NCBI GenBank assembly: GCA_963743305.1
Contig: CAVUPH010000014.1
Location: 384,001-448,000 of the forward strand
From: an uncultured delta proteobacterium
Lineage (GTDB): Bacteria; Desulfobacterota; RBG-13-43-22
Direction of reading: 5' to 3'
Length of the DNA: 64,000 nucleotides
A program made the translations under genes and the position numbers. The stretch's first letter is position 1. Each line of letters opens with the position of its first letter. The notes below the pieces were generated by a model, which made no database searches, was not told the DNA's origin, and saw only the letters and a list, made by a program, of their open reading frames with translations. Shown here in pieces: positions 8,735 through 20,022 of this stretch.

Positions 8735-11258
8735 GTGAATCAAACCCCCAGCGACTTTTGGAGCCTTCCCGCCGATCAATTGCTGCAGCAATTGGAGACG
8801 ACCCCGGAGGGCCTCAAGGAGGCCGAAGCCCGGGAACGGTTGCAGCGCTATGGACCCAACCTCCTTAAACCGGCCAGAAGATCCGACACCCTGACCCTTT
8901 TCTTGGGTCAATTCAAGAGCCCCATCATCTTGATTCTGATCTTTGCCGCCGGGTTATCCCTCGCTACTTAAGGACTCGGTCGATGCCTTGATCATCCTGG
9001 GCATTGTGCTGGTCAGCGGCCTCCTGGGATATTGGCAGGAACGGGGGGCCGCTAATGCGATCAAGGAATTATTGGCGTTGGTCCAAATAAAGGCCATGGT
9101 CTTGCGTGACGGGGATCCCAGGGAACTTCCGGTCGAAGAGATCGTTCCCGGGGATATCATCCAACTGACAGCCGGAGATGTCATACCCGGAGATGGAGTG
9201 CTTCTCCAATCCAAGGATCTATTTGTGGATGAGGCCACCTTGACCGGAGAAACCTATCCGGTGGAAAAAATAGCCGCGGTGCTGGCGCCCGAAACCCCGC
9301 TGGCTAAAAGGACCAATACCCTTTTTATGGGAACCCATGTGGTCAGCGGCAGCGCCCGTGCCCTGGTAGTTCAAACCGGGATCGAAACCGAATTCGGACG
9401 GGTTTCCGAACGGCTGAAACTCAGACCTCCCGAAACCGAGTTTGAACGCGGCGTCCGGCGTTTCGGCTACCTGCTCATGGAAGTGACCTTGATCCTGGTG
9501 ATCGCCATCTTTGCCATCAACGTCTATTTGGCCCGGCCGGTGCTGGAGTCCTTCCTTTTTTCCATGGCCTTGGCCGTTGGGTTAACCCCCCAGCTTCTGC
9601 CGGCGATTATCAGTATCAACCTGGCCCATGGCGCCAAAAAGATGGCCCAGTCCAAGGTGATCGTCAAGCGCTTATCCGCGATTGAAAATTTCGGCAGCAT
9701 GAACGTTCTTTGTTCCGATAAGACCGGTACGTTGACCGAGGGGTTGGTCAAGGTCCACTCGGCCCTGGATGGGGATGGCCGGGATAACGAAAAGGTCCTG
9801 TTCTATGCCTACCTGAATGCCTATTACGAGACCGGCTTTACCAACCCCATCGACCAGGCCATCCGTACCTTTCGCACTTTTGACCTAACCGGCTTTCAGA
9901 AACTCGACGAGGTACCCTATGATTTTATTCGTAAGCGACTGAGTATCCTGGTTTCCCAAGGAGAGAAGCATCTTATTATTACCAAGGGGGCCCTTTCCAA
10001 TGTCCTGACCTCCTGTTCCCGGGCGGAGACCTCTAGCGGGACCTTGGTGGAACTGAGCCAGGTCCGGGAGCAGATCGACCACCATTTCAAAGAGTTCAGC
10101 AGTCAAGGGTTCCGCATGCTCGGGGTGGCCTACCGGGAATGGGATCCCAATCTGGTCCTGACCAAAGACTCGGAGAGTGGGTTGATTTTTCTGGGATTCC
10201 TGGTCCTCTTCGACCCGCCCAAGAGCGGCATTGTGGAGACGATTCGTCAACTCAAGAATCTGGGCGTTTCACTCAAGATCATTACGGGGGATAACCACCT
10301 GGTGGCGGCTACGATCGGCCAAGAGATGGGGCTTTCGAATCTTAACCTGATTACCGGCCCCGAAATTCAAAAGACTAGCGGCCGGGCCTTGTTACAAAAA
10401 GTCAATGAGGTGGATATCTTTGCCGAGGTGGAACCCAACCAGAAAGAGCAGGTCATTCTGGCCCTGAGAAAAGCGGGGAATGTCGTCGGCTACATGGGGG
10501 ATGGCATGAATGATGTCTCGGCCTTGCACGCGGCTGATGTGGCTATCTCCGTGGACCAAGCCGTGGATGTAGCCAAAGAGGCGGCGGATATCGTCCTGCT
10601 GGAAAAGGACTTAAAGGTCCTGGCCCAGGGCATCGCCGAAGGACGGAGCACCTTTGCCAATACCCTCAAGTATGTCTTCATGGCCACCAGCGCCAACTTC
10701 GGGAATATGTTCAGCATGGCCGGGGCCTCCCTCTTTTTGCCCTTTCTGCCCCTGCTCCCCAAGCAGATCCTGCTGACCAATCTGCTGACCGATTTTCCGG
10801 AGTTGACCATTGCCACCGACCGCGTGGACCCGGAAATGGTCGAAAAACCTCGCCGCTGGAATATCCGCTTCATACGTAATTTTATGATCACTTTCGGCTT
10901 GATCAGTTCGATCTTTGATTATTTGACTTTTGGCGTGCTCATTTTTCTATTGAAGGCCCGGCCCGAACAGTTTCGAAGCGGCTGGTTTATTGAGTCCGTC
11001 ATTTCGGCCTCTCTGATCGTGCTGGTGATACGCACCCGCCAGCCCTTTTTTAGGAGCCGGCCCAGTAAATATCTGACGTGGGCCACCCTGCTGGTAACCG
11101 GAGTAACCCTGTTATTTCCCTTTACTCCTCTGGGGGGGGTGTTCGGCTTCAAGCCGCTGCCCTTTTATTTTCTCTTGCTATTGGCCGTCATCATGGGGAT
11201 GTATATTATTACTGCCGAAGCGGCCAAAAAGATCTTTTATCGGAAAATGAAATTCTGA
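8735..11258 (+). CDS. mgtA: Mg2+-translocating P-type ATPase, frameshifted near 8960
   Basis: N-domain GLKEAEARERLQRYGPN lies in the upstream frame; LTGE, VGLTPQLLP, DKTGTLT, MGDGMND and SANFGNMFS in the downstream frame. Confidence 0.88.
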
Positions 11259-11259
11259 T

Positions 11260-11982
11260 ATGCGGCCAGCCCCTCCGGAAAAGATTATTGAACTGCCGGA
11301 TTTCCGAGATCAAGTCCGGATTTTTCGAAACCGGGATCACGCTGGCCGGGTGGTGGCCGGTATGCTGGAAAAATTTAAGGAGACCGATTCCCTGGTCCTG
11401 GCGATTCCTTCGGGCGGGGTCCCGGTGGGGGTGGCCATTGCCGAAGAATTGAACCTGCCGCTGGAGGCCGCCGTGGTCAGCAAGATTACCCTGCCCTGGA
11501 ACACGGAGGCCGGGTATGGAGCCGTGGCTTTCGACGGTACGGTGCGGATCAACGAGGACCTGCTGCCCCACCTGCGGTTGAGCGAACAGCAGATCGCCGA
11601 GGGGATCGAGAAGACCCGGCAGAAAGTGCAACGGCGGGTCAGTAAATTTCTGGGGAGACGGCCTTTCCCGGATCTCACCCGTAAAGCCGTCATCCTGGTG
11701 GACGACGGCTTGGCCTCCGGGTTCACCTTGCTGGTGTCGATAGAGGCTGTTCGCCGCCTGGGGTCCGGGGAGATCATCATCGCCGTACCGACCGGCAGCG
11801 CCGACCGGGTGCGCAAGGTGGCGCGGGAGGTGGATGCCCTCTACTGCGCCAATATCCGCGAAGGCTGGGGGTTTGCCGTGGCCGAGGCCTATCGGCGCTG
11901 GGTTGACCTGGAGGAAGAGGAGGCCGTACGGCTATTCAAGGATTATCAGGTTCACTTTGAGAAGGCCCCTATCCCCAGTTGA
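11260..11982 (+). CDS. Phosphoribosyltransferase-family protein
   Basis: IFRNRDHAG, IPSGGVPV, VILVDDGLASG PRPP-binding loop. Confidence 0.85.
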   Translation: MRPAPPEKIIELPDFRDQVRIFRNRDHAGRVVAGMLEKFKETDSLVLAIPSGGVPVGVAIAEELNLPLEAAVVSKITLPWNTEAGYGAVAFDGTVRINEDLLPHLRLSEQQIAEGIEKTRQKVQRRVSKFLGRRPFPDLTRKAVILVDDGLASGFTLLVSIEAVRRLGSGEIIIAVPTGSADRVRKVAREVDALYCANIREGWGFAVAEAYRRWVDLEEEEAVRLFKDYQVHFEKAPIPS

Positions 11983-12063
11983 AAAACCAGATTCGTCGCT
12001 CTCGCTCAAAATGACATACTCTCCCTGACGGACTTTTTGCGATTCGGTCACAATTAAGAATTG

Positions 12064-12843
12064 CTATTCTTCTTTCCACTCCGGCTGTCTCTTTTCAATG
12101 GAAGCTGTCATGCCTTCGATGGCGTCGGGCCACTGGGCCTGGGAGGCCATCAACTCCTTGGCATAATGATAGGCTTGGCGTTCGGGCATGTCGCTCTGCT
12201 GGTAGAAATGCTGCTTGGCCGTACCCAGGACCAGGATACTGTACTGGGCAATTTCCCGGGCTAGCTTCCAGGTCTCTTCTTCGAGTTTTTCATCGGCGAC
12301 CACGCGGTTGATCAAACCCCACTCCAGGGCCTGTTGGGCGCTAATAAAGTTTCCGGTGAAAAGCATCTCCAGGCAGCGCTTGGAGCCGATCGCCCGGCTG
12401 ACGGCCACCGTGGGCGTAGAACAGTTGTAGCCGATCTTGACCCCGGTCATGGCAAACTGGGCTTTTTTTTCACCGGCCACGCCCAGGTCGCAGCCGGCGA
12501 CCAGGTGACAGCCCCCGGCCATGGCGATCCCCTGGACCTGGGCGATAACCGGCTGGGGGATGGACCGCAAGGCGTCGTACATATCGATGCAGGTTTGAAA
12601 GAACCGGCGGACGTCGTTGATCGGCTGGTTCAGAATCTCCAAGCGGTCATGGCCGGAGCAGAACAGATCCCCTGCGGCCTTGATGATGATCACCCGGACG
12701 GTTTTTTCGTGGCCGGCCACTTTCAAGCAATGGGTCATTTCCAGTTCGGCCTGGATGCCCAGAGCATTGCGCTTCTCCGGCCGGTTCAAAGTCAAGATGC
12801 CAATTTGTTCTTTTTCTTCATAAAGGATGTGCTGGTAGGACAT
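12064..12843 (-). CDS. Enoyl-CoA hydratase/isomerase-family protein
   Basis: LTLNRPEKRNAL, FCSGHD, IAMAGGC, ALEWGLINRVV. Confidence 0.9.
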   Translation of the reverse strand: MSYQHILYEEKEQIGILTLNRPEKRNALGIQAELEMTHCLKVAGHEKTVRVIIIKAAGDLFCSGHDRLEILNQPINDVRRFFQTCIDMYDALRSIPQPVIAQVQGIAMAGGCHLVAGCDLGVAGEKKAQFAMTGVKIGYNCSTPTVAVSRAIGSKRCLEMLFTGNFISAQQALEWGLINRVVADEKLEEETWKLAREIAQYSILVLGTAKQHFYQQSDMPERQAYHYAKELMASQAQWPDAIEGMTASIEKRQPEWKEE

Positions 12844-12880
12844 GAGGACCTCCTAAAAAACAAATGGGGGGAATTAATTA

Positions 12881-12968
12881 TGGAAGATTGGAATAATGGA
12901 ATAATGGGGAAAAAAGCCCCGGAGTCTGAAGTCTTAATCGTTATTCCACTATTCCAGCATTCCATTAC
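12881..12968. repeat. TGGAATAA-unit inverted repeat element
   Basis: tggaagattggaataatggaataatgg ... ttattccactattccagcattccatta. Confidence 0.6.
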
Positions 12969-12998
12969 TTCCCGACAAGTGATTTCTCTGTTAACCGG

Positions 12999-14513
12999 TT
13001 ACCGGGCTGTTTCCCGATCCCGGAGCAGCCGCCGCAGGGCCTTGCCGGCTGCGGACCGGGGTATCTCGTCAATGAACTCCACAGCCGACGGGACTTTGTA
13101 GGGGGCCATTTTGGCCTTGCAGAAAGCCCGGATTTCTTCGGCGGTGGCCGTCTCACCTTCCTTGATCTGGATGAAAGCCTTCGGGGTCTCTCCCTTAAGT
13201 TCATCGGCGATGCCGACGACGACCACATCCTTAATCCGGGGATGGGCCAGCATCATATCCTCCACCTCGGAGGGGAAGACCTTTTCCCCACCCACATTGA
13301 TCATGTCTTTCAGGCGATCAACGATATAGGCATAACCCTCTTCATCCAGGTAGGCGATGTCCCCCGAGTGGAACCAGCCTTCGCCATCAAAGACCTGCCG
13401 GGTGGCCTCGGGTTTGTTCAGATACCCGCGGGTGACACAGGTCCCCCGCACGCAAAGTTCTCCCTGCTCCCCCGGGGAAAGGGTCCGGCCGCTGGGATCG
13501 ACCACTTTCATCTGGGCATCGGCCATTCCTCGTCCGCAGGAGCCGATCCGGGTTTCGGTGTAGGGGGAGGTGGCGCCCACGCAGGAGACCTCGGTCAGGC
13601 CCCAGGCTTCAGCGTAACGCCAGTTCATTTTTTCCTGGACCTGGTGGATGAGATTTTCCGGCATTTTGGTGGCGGCGGACAGACAAAAGACCACGGAAGA
13701 GAGATCCCGTTGAGTCAGGTCCGGCTGCTTGAGGAGCAGGTTGTACATGGGGGGGACGCCGATAAAGATCGTGGGCCTTAAGCGCTCGATATCATTAACG
13801 GCTTTCTCGGGATAAAAACGCTCTACCGTGATCACCGTGCCTCCTCGGGAGAGCATGCCGAAGGTCCCATTGATCAAGCCCCAGCAATGGAAAATCGGGG
13901 TGGCCACCATAATGGTGTCCTGAGGGTTAAGATGGACTTTTCCGAACTCGACGGCGTTATGCCAAATGTTCAGATGGGTGGCCATTACCCCTTTAGGCCA
14001 TCCCGTGGTTCCGGAGGTGTACATGAGGTGGCAGGTATCGCTGCCTTTAGTTCCCGGGTCCGCGAAAACGGGGTCCGTTTCCCGCAGAATGGTTTCAAAG
14101 GCGGCATAGGCCGATTTTCCCGATTTCTTCAACGGGATCACTGTGCTCAAAGAGGGGATCTTCGGTTGAATGGACTCGATGATCGGGAATCGGGTTTCGT
14201 CCACCAGGACCGCCCTGGATTGGCAGTCCTTGAGAATGTAGGCCACTTCCTGGTCTTTGAGCAGGGCATTGACCACGTTGACGATCAATCCGGCTCGGAT
14301 CGTTCCCAGATACCCGATGATCAACTCCGGAAGGCTGGGGAGAAAGAGGGACAAGACGTCCCCTTTCTGCAATCCCAGTTTCAGGAATCCGGCAGCCGCC
14401 CGATCGATCAGCGAATCGAGTTCCGCGTAAGAGATGCGCCGATCTTCGAAGACAATCGCGGTTTTTTGAGGGGTATCTTTTAAAGGTTTATTGATGATTC
14501 GGGAAACATTCAT
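12999..14513 (-). CDS. Long-chain-fatty-acid--CoA ligase-family protein
   Basis: YTSGTTGWPKG, EAWGLTE, GWFHSGDI, PRSAAGK. Confidence 0.88.
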   Translation of the reverse strand: MNVSRIINKPLKDTPQKTAIVFEDRRISYAELDSLIDRAAAGFLKLGLQKGDVLSLFLPSLPELIIGYLGTIRAGLIVNVVNALLKDQEVAYILKDCQSRAVLVDETRFPIIESIQPKIPSLSTVIPLKKSGKSAYAAFETILRETDPVFADPGTKGSDTCHLMYTSGTTGWPKGVMATHLNIWHNAVEFGKVHLNPQDTIMVATPIFHCWGLINGTFGMLSRGGTVITVERFYPEKAVNDIERLRPTIFIGVPPMYNLLLKQPDLTQRDLSSVVFCLSAATKMPENLIHQVQEKMNWRYAEAWGLTEVSCVGATSPYTETRIGSCGRGMADAQMKVVDPSGRTLSPGEQGELCVRGTCVTRGYLNKPEATRQVFDGEGWFHSGDIAYLDEEGYAYIVDRLKDMINVGGEKVFPSEVEDMMLAHPRIKDVVVVGIADELKGETPKAFIQIKEGETATAEEIRAFCKAKMAPYKVPSAVEFIDEIPRSAAGKALRRLLRDRETAR

Positions 14514-14614
14514 ATCTTATCGAAACTCCTTGCTTTTTGCAAAACTTATAATTAATGTCTGGGATTGTCAATATTTTTCCCTTTGGCCGATAGACGAAGC
14601 AGGAGGACAAAACC

Positions 14615-17242
14615 TTGAAGGACCATATCCCCTTGGGCGTCGGGTTTTACCCGGACTGGTGGAACAAGCATTACGGCATCTCGTACGACCGGAATTATTA
14701 TTTCGACCCGGAAACCCGGATCGCGGCCCGTTTGGAAATGGACCAAAGACTGCACGAACGTTTTGGGGACGTCGGCCTGGGAGACCCGGACCCGAAGCCC
14801 AAACCCTTCATCACCTTCGGCATGGTCATGCTGCCGGCCATTTTCGGCTGCGAGATCGTCTTCAAGAAGGACGCCCTGCCCTGGGCCCTGCCGCTAAACC
14901 TATCCGAAGACCGGATCATGAAACTGGAGGTCCCGGACATTAGTAAGGGCTATCCCCTGACCGAGATAATTAAGCAGATTGATTATCTCCAGGGTAAATA
15001 CGGGCGGGTCGTGGGGGATATCAACACGACCGGGGTGCAGAATCTGGCCCTGAAGCTGCGCGGCGAACAGCTTTATTTTGATTATTTTGAAAACCCGGAC
15101 CTCTGCCATCACCTGCTGAGGGTCTGCACCCGGGCCATCATCCAATTATTCCAATGGGTCTATAAAATTACCGGGACCGGGGCGCTGGACGTGACCCCCA
15201 TGTGCGACCCCCGGTTGTTTGTCCTGCCCAACTGCACGGTGGAGCAGGTTTCCCTGGCCACTTACGAAAAATTTAATCTACCCTATGACAATCAGGTGGC
15301 CAAGGCCTGTCATCCCCTGGGTATTCACCATTGCGGATCGGTGAACCAGGTACTGGAGGGTTATGCCCGGGTCCGCCATCTGAAATTCTTAGAGATCGGT
15401 TTCGGATCGGACGTCCGGCGGACCCGCGAGGTCCTGGGGCCCAAGGTGGCGGTCAACGCCCGCATCAACCCCGTCCTGATGAAGAACGGGACCCCGGAAG
15501 AGGTCTCCCAAGAAGTGCGCCGGTTGATCGACCAGGGCGATCCTCTGAAAAATTTTTCCATCGATACGGTCGGGCTGACCTTTGGTACCCCCGATGAAAA
15601 TGTGAAGGCGGCCCGGCAGGCGGCGGCCGACTATGGAAAAATTATGAAAAAGATGACTTCCATAAATAAAAAAGTCTTGGTTTCAGGCTTAGCAAAAAAA
15701 AGGAAGCTCCTGGAAACAGCCGTTCAGAGCCCCACCCGGACGGTATGGATCGGGTCTCACCATCCTCTGGTGATCATCGGTGAACGGATCAATCCGACCG
15801 GACGGAAAAAACTGGCCCGGGCCCTGGAGGAAGGGGACCTGAAAATGGTGCAGGAAGAGGCTCTGGCCCAGGTTCGGGAAGGGGCGCATATTCTGGACGT
15901 CAATGTCGGGGTTTCCGGGATTGATGAACCGCAGGTCCTTGCGGAGGCCGTCCGGGCCATTCAGGAAGTGACCGATATTCCGCTCTGCCTCGACTCGGCC
16001 CTGCCCCGGGCACTGGAAGCCGGCCTGGAAGTCTATCGGGGCAAGGCTCTGGTGAATTCCGTGAACGGCGAGCAGGAAAAGCTGGAGCGGATTCTGCCCC
16101 TGGTCAAGGCCAACGGAGCGGCGGTGATAGGTCTGACCATGGACGAGCGGGGGATCCCCTCGAAGGCCGAGGACCGACTGGAGATCGCCCGAACCATTGT
16201 GAAGCGTGCTGAAAAAATGGGAATATCCCGGGAAGACGTGATCATCGATCCCCTGGCCATGGCCCTGAGCGCCGACCACCTTACCGCCCTGGAAACCCTG
16301 AAGGCCCTGTGGATGATCCGCGAAGAACTGGGCGTCAACCTGACCCTCGGCCTATCCAATATTTCCTTCGGTCTGCCGGACCGCACGGCGATCAACGCGG
16401 CCTTTTTAAATATGGCGGTTTGGAGCGGGCTCACTTGCGCCATCATGGATCCCACGGTTCGGGAGATGCGTGGAGCCGCCCTGCTGGGGGATCTGCTGCT
16501 GGGCAAAGATGAAAACTGCCTGAGATACATCGCGGTAAGGGGCCGAATGGGTGGAGGTGAGGATGCGGCGCCGTCGCGACCGGCTGCGGCCGAGGCCCCC
16601 TCCGGCGACCTGGAAAAGCTGAAGGCGGCGGTGATCGACGGGAAACGCAGGGAGGCGGAAGACCTCACCCGCCAGGTCCTGGAAGAAGGGACCGACCCGC
16701 AGGAGATCATCCAGGGGACGCTGATCCCGGCCCTGAACGTGGTGGGGGAGCGTTTCGAAAACCGGAAGATCTTCGTACCGGAAATGATGGTCTCGGCCAA
16801 GGCCATGCAGGCCTGCGTGGATCTGGTCAAGCCTCATTTACGGCAGGGGGCCGCGCAAGTGCCGCTGGCGACCATCGTGTTGGGCACGGTATTCGGTGAT
16901 CTCCACGACATCGGAAAAAACCTGGTGAAGCTGCTCCTGGAATCGGCCGGCTTCCGGGTGGTCGATCTGGGGGAAAACGTCCCGGCCGAGCGGTTCGTGG
17001 CGGCGGCCCGGGAACATCAGGCCCGGGTGGTCGGACTGTCATCGCTCCTGACCACCGGCGATCCTTTTGTGGAGCAGACTATCAAGGCGATTAAGGCCAG
17101 CGACATCGCCGGAACGGTCAAGGTGGTCTGCGGCGGCGCGGCCCTCACCCCGAAATTCGTCCTGGAAACATGCGGCGCCGACGCCCACGCCAAAGACGCC
17201 GCCGACGGGTTGAAGAAGATCAAGGAGATGGTGAGAATATAA
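14615..17242 (+). CDS. Corrinoid methyltransferase: URO-D/MtaA-like domain, pterin-binding domain, B12 cap and B12-binding domains (single ORF as assembled)
   Basis: IHHCG in the URO-D-like part; IIGERINPTGRK, LDVNVG, GLSNISFGLP (pterin-binding); FVPEMM and GDLHDIGKNLV (DxHxxG). Confidence 0.82.
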   Translation: MKDHIPLGVGFYPDWWNKHYGISYDRNYYFDPETRIAARLEMDQRLHERFGDVGLGDPDPKPKPFITFGMVMLPAIFGCEIVFKKDALPWALPLNLSEDRIMKLEVPDISKGYPLTEIIKQIDYLQGKYGRVVGDINTTGVQNLALKLRGEQLYFDYFENPDLCHHLLRVCTRAIIQLFQWVYKITGTGALDVTPMCDPRLFVLPNCTVEQVSLATYEKFNLPYDNQVAKACHPLGIHHCGSVNQVLEGYARVRHLKFLEIGFGSDVRRTREVLGPKVAVNARINPVLMKNGTPEEVSQEVRRLIDQGDPLKNFSIDTVGLTFGTPDENVKAARQAAADYGKIMKKMTSINKKVLVSGLAKKRKLLETAVQSPTRTVWIGSHHPLVIIGERINPTGRKKLARALEEGDLKMVQEEALAQVREGAHILDVNVGVSGIDEPQVLAEAVRAIQEVTDIPLCLDSALPRALEAGLEVYRGKALVNSVNGEQEKLERILPLVKANGAAVIGLTMDERGIPSKAEDRLEIARTIVKRAEKMGISREDVIIDPLAMALSADHLTALETLKALWMIREELGVNLTLGLSNISFGLPDRTAINAAFLNMAVWSGLTCAIMDPTVREMRGAALLGDLLLGKDENCLRYIAVRGRMGGGEDAAPSRPAAAEAPSGDLEKLKAAVIDGKRREAEDLTRQVLEEGTDPQEIIQGTLIPALNVVGERFENRKIFVPEMMVSAKAMQACVDLVKPHLRQGAAQVPLATIVLGTVFGDLHDIGKNLVKLLLESAGFRVVDLGENVPAERFVAAAREHQARVVGLSSLLTTGDPFVEQTIKAIKASDIAGTVKVVCGGAALTPKFVLETCGADAHAKDAADGLKKIKEMVRI

Positions 17243-17281
17243 TTCAAAAGGGTTACGAACTTTTTTGTCCTCAGTCCTTTT

Positions 17282-19136
17282 ATGGTCTCCATACTTTTCC
17301 TGCCTTTTCAAAAATCAATCGAGGCCGACGGCCAGCGGACCCTGCTGGAACTGGCCCGGGAGTTGGGTTTGCCGCTGCAGACCGCCTGCGGGGGGAAGAA
17401 GATCTGTGGACGGTGCCGGGTCATCATCGAGGAAAGCCGGGAGCCTTTACCGCCGCCTACGGGAAGGGAACGGGAGTCCCTGGGGGATTTGGTTGAAAAT
17501 GGCTACCGGCTGGCCTGTGAAACAATCTTGTCCGGCGAGGCCCAAGTCCGCATTCCGGAAAAGAGTCAAACCCATCCACCCGTTATCTTAACTTCTGACG
17601 GGTTCGGCGAACTCCCGGTCCGTCTACGGCCCACGGTGGAACCGTATTATCTGGAGGTGCCGCCTCCGGTCCTGGGGCGGGTGACCGCCGATCTGGAAAG
17701 ACTGCTTCAAGCCCTGGAAGCGGGTTATGGGTTGAAAATAGAGTGATGTCGACCCGCTCGTTCTGCCGCACCTCCCCCAAACCCTTCGGGCCAGGGAAAA
17801 CGGGGTCACGGCGGCCGTACGGAACGGCCGGGAGGTAGTGGGGTTATTCCCGGGACGGGAAGAACGGCTGCTGGGCCTGGCCGTGGATATCGGGACGACC
17901 ACGCTGGTGGCCTATCTCCTCGATCTTCAGAGCGGAAGGCGCCTGGCGGTCTCTTCGGGCCTGAACCCACAGGTTCATTTTGGCGACGATATTATCAGCC
18001 GGATCGCCTTTGGCCAGAAGGACCCGGAAGGAGCGGTTCAACTCCGGGAGGCCGTCAGGGTGGGAATCAATGATCTGATCGGCCGGGTGGTGGAAAAGGC
18101 CGGCGTCCGGACGGAGCTGATCCTGGAGGCGGCCGTGGTGGGAAATACGGCCATGCATCATTTTTTCCTGGGTTTGGAAACACAATTTTTGGCCAGGGCG
18201 CCGTACCCTCCGGTGGTCCAGGAAAGTTTGTTTATAAAGGCCCGCGACACCGGTCTGGCTATCAACCTTTCCGGAACGGTGCATCTGCTGCCGCTCAAGG
18301 CCGGGTTTGTCGGCAGCGATATCATCGCCGGCATTTTGGCCACGGGACTGCATAAGTCCAGCCGGGTCCGGCTGCTGATCGATTTGGGTACAAACGGGGA
18401 AATCGTTTTAGGAAATAAAGACCGGATCCTCTGTTGCTCCACGGCTGCCGGTCCGGCCTTCGAAGGCGGGCATATCCGCTGGGGCATGCGGGCCTCGGCC
18501 GGGGCAGTGGAAAAGGTGCGGATCGATCCGGGGTCCTTGGAGATCAGCCTGAAGACGATAGAGGACCAGCCTCCCCAGGGCCTCTGCGGATCCGGTATCC
18601 TTTCCCTGGTGGCCGAGATGATCCGGAGAGGGGTTCTTCTGGCCAAGGGAAATTTTAATCCGGCGATCATCTCCCCTCGCTTGCGGATGGGCCTGGATGG
18701 GCAGGAGATGGTGCTCCTCCGCAACGGAGAGTCCCTGACCGACCAGGAGACCGTCTTTACTCAAAGGGATGTGGCTGAGGTACAAATGGCCAAGGCGGCC
18801 ATTCAAGCCGGCGTCGGTCTGCTGAAGGAATTGTTCGGGAATAATCCGATCGAGGAAATTCTTCTGGCCGGAGCCTTTGGGAATTATGCCGATCCCGAGG
18901 ATACCCGGACCCTGGGATTTATTCCGGCTTTACCGGCACCCAAGGTCCGCGGCGTGGGCAACGCGGCCGGATACGGGGCCTGCCTGACCCTGTTAAATAA
19001 AAACCGGGCGAAGGAAGCCGACCGGATCGCCCGAAAGTTGGAGTACGTGGAGCTGGCCGGGAACAGCCGGTTCCAGGAGCTGCTGGTGGACAGCTTGCTT
19101 TTTCCGGAGGCGAAGGATTATAAGGATTTTATTTAA
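17282..19136 (+). CDS. ASKHA/RACE corrinoid-activating ATPase with N-terminal [2Fe-2S] ferredoxin; frameshift near 17745
   Basis: ACGGKKICGRC...RLAC; AVDIGTTT, GFVGSD, DLGTNGE, AAGPAFEG, AGAFG, GNAA. Confidence 0.88.
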
Positions 19137-19181
19137 ACCGGAACGGGTAACGGTTGTGATTTTTACTGGAGGGGTATCAAT

Positions 19182-19331
19182 ATGCGCATCAAAGGCCTGG
19201 TGCTGCTCGGCGTCATGATTGCGGCCACAATCTTTTACTTATTCGCCGGGAATTTGAAAGGCTGCACCGTCACCCGGGTCGGCAACCAACCGACACAGGA
19301 CTCAAAAACCGTTGCACCTGAAAAGAGGTAA
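19182..19331 (+). CDS. Small (49 aa) membrane-anchored protein
   Basis: RBS GGAGG; MRIKGLVLLGVMIAATIFYLFAGNLKGCTVTRVG...; below the ORF-track length cutoff. Confidence 0.5.
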   Translation: MRIKGLVLLGVMIAATIFYLFAGNLKGCTVTRVGNQPTQDSKTVAPEKR

Positions 19332-19332
19332 T

Positions 19333-20022
19333 TCAACCCAGTATGATCAAGGCATCCACTGCGATGGGTTGGCCGTCCGGTTGAATTTTCAAGGGATTGA
19401 TGTCGATTTCACGAATGACGGGATTTTCCAGGCCTATGGTTCCCAAGGCGATTAAAATATCGGCTAAGGCTTCCCGATCAACCGGCGGCATCCCCCGAAA
19501 GGTGTCCAGGATCTTTCGGCCGCGAAATTCTTCCATCATTTGCCGGGCGTCCCAGCGGGACAGCGGCGCCACCCGGAAAGCCACATCTTCCAAAGCCTCC
19601 GTGTAAATTCCCCCTAACCCGATCATCACACTGGGCCCGAACTGAGGATCGCGAACCAGTCCGGCTACCAACTCTCGCTCGCCCGCTACCATCTGCTGCA
19701 CCAGCATTTGCTTCAACGGCACTTGGGTAGCGGCGGCAAGCTGCTCATAGGCTTCCCTGAGGGCCGAATCGTCTTTTAGACCGAGCTTAACCAGACCCAA
19801 TTCCGTTTTGTGAAGCACTTCCTCCCCCGAGCCTTTGAGCGCCAGCGGATAGCCGATGGCCGCGGCCGCCGCCAGGGCCGCCTTCAAGGAGCTAACGGCT
19901 TTCTCGGGTGTAGTCGGAATACCATAGTCCGCAAGAAACCGTTTGGAATGGTACTCGCTCAGGGCGCGGGCGCCGCGCGATCGGGCCTGTTGAAGTACTT
20001 CGTCTCGGAGCGCCACGGTCAA
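19333..20022 (-). CDS. ADP-forming acyl-CoA ligase, beta (ATP-grasp) subunit
   Basis: GYPLALK, HKTELGLV, RDPQFGP, GLGGIYTE, EIDINPL. Confidence 0.88.
   Translation of the reverse strand: MTVALRDEVLQQARSRGARALSEYHSKRFLADYGIPTTPEKAVSSLKAALAAAAAIGYPLALKGSGEEVLHKTELGLVKLGLKDDSALREAYEQLAAATQVPLKQMLVQQMVAGERELVAGLVRDPQFGPSVMIGLGGIYTEALEDVAFRVAPLSRWDARQMMEEFRGRKILDTFRGMPPVDREALADILIALGTIGLENPVIREIDINPLKIQPDGQPIAVDALIILG

Noticed and set aside
17744-17746. TGA ending ORF 17282..17746 as possible selenocysteine
   Set aside because: The downstream ASKHA domain is in a different frame and the position is not a Cys site; this is a frameshift.
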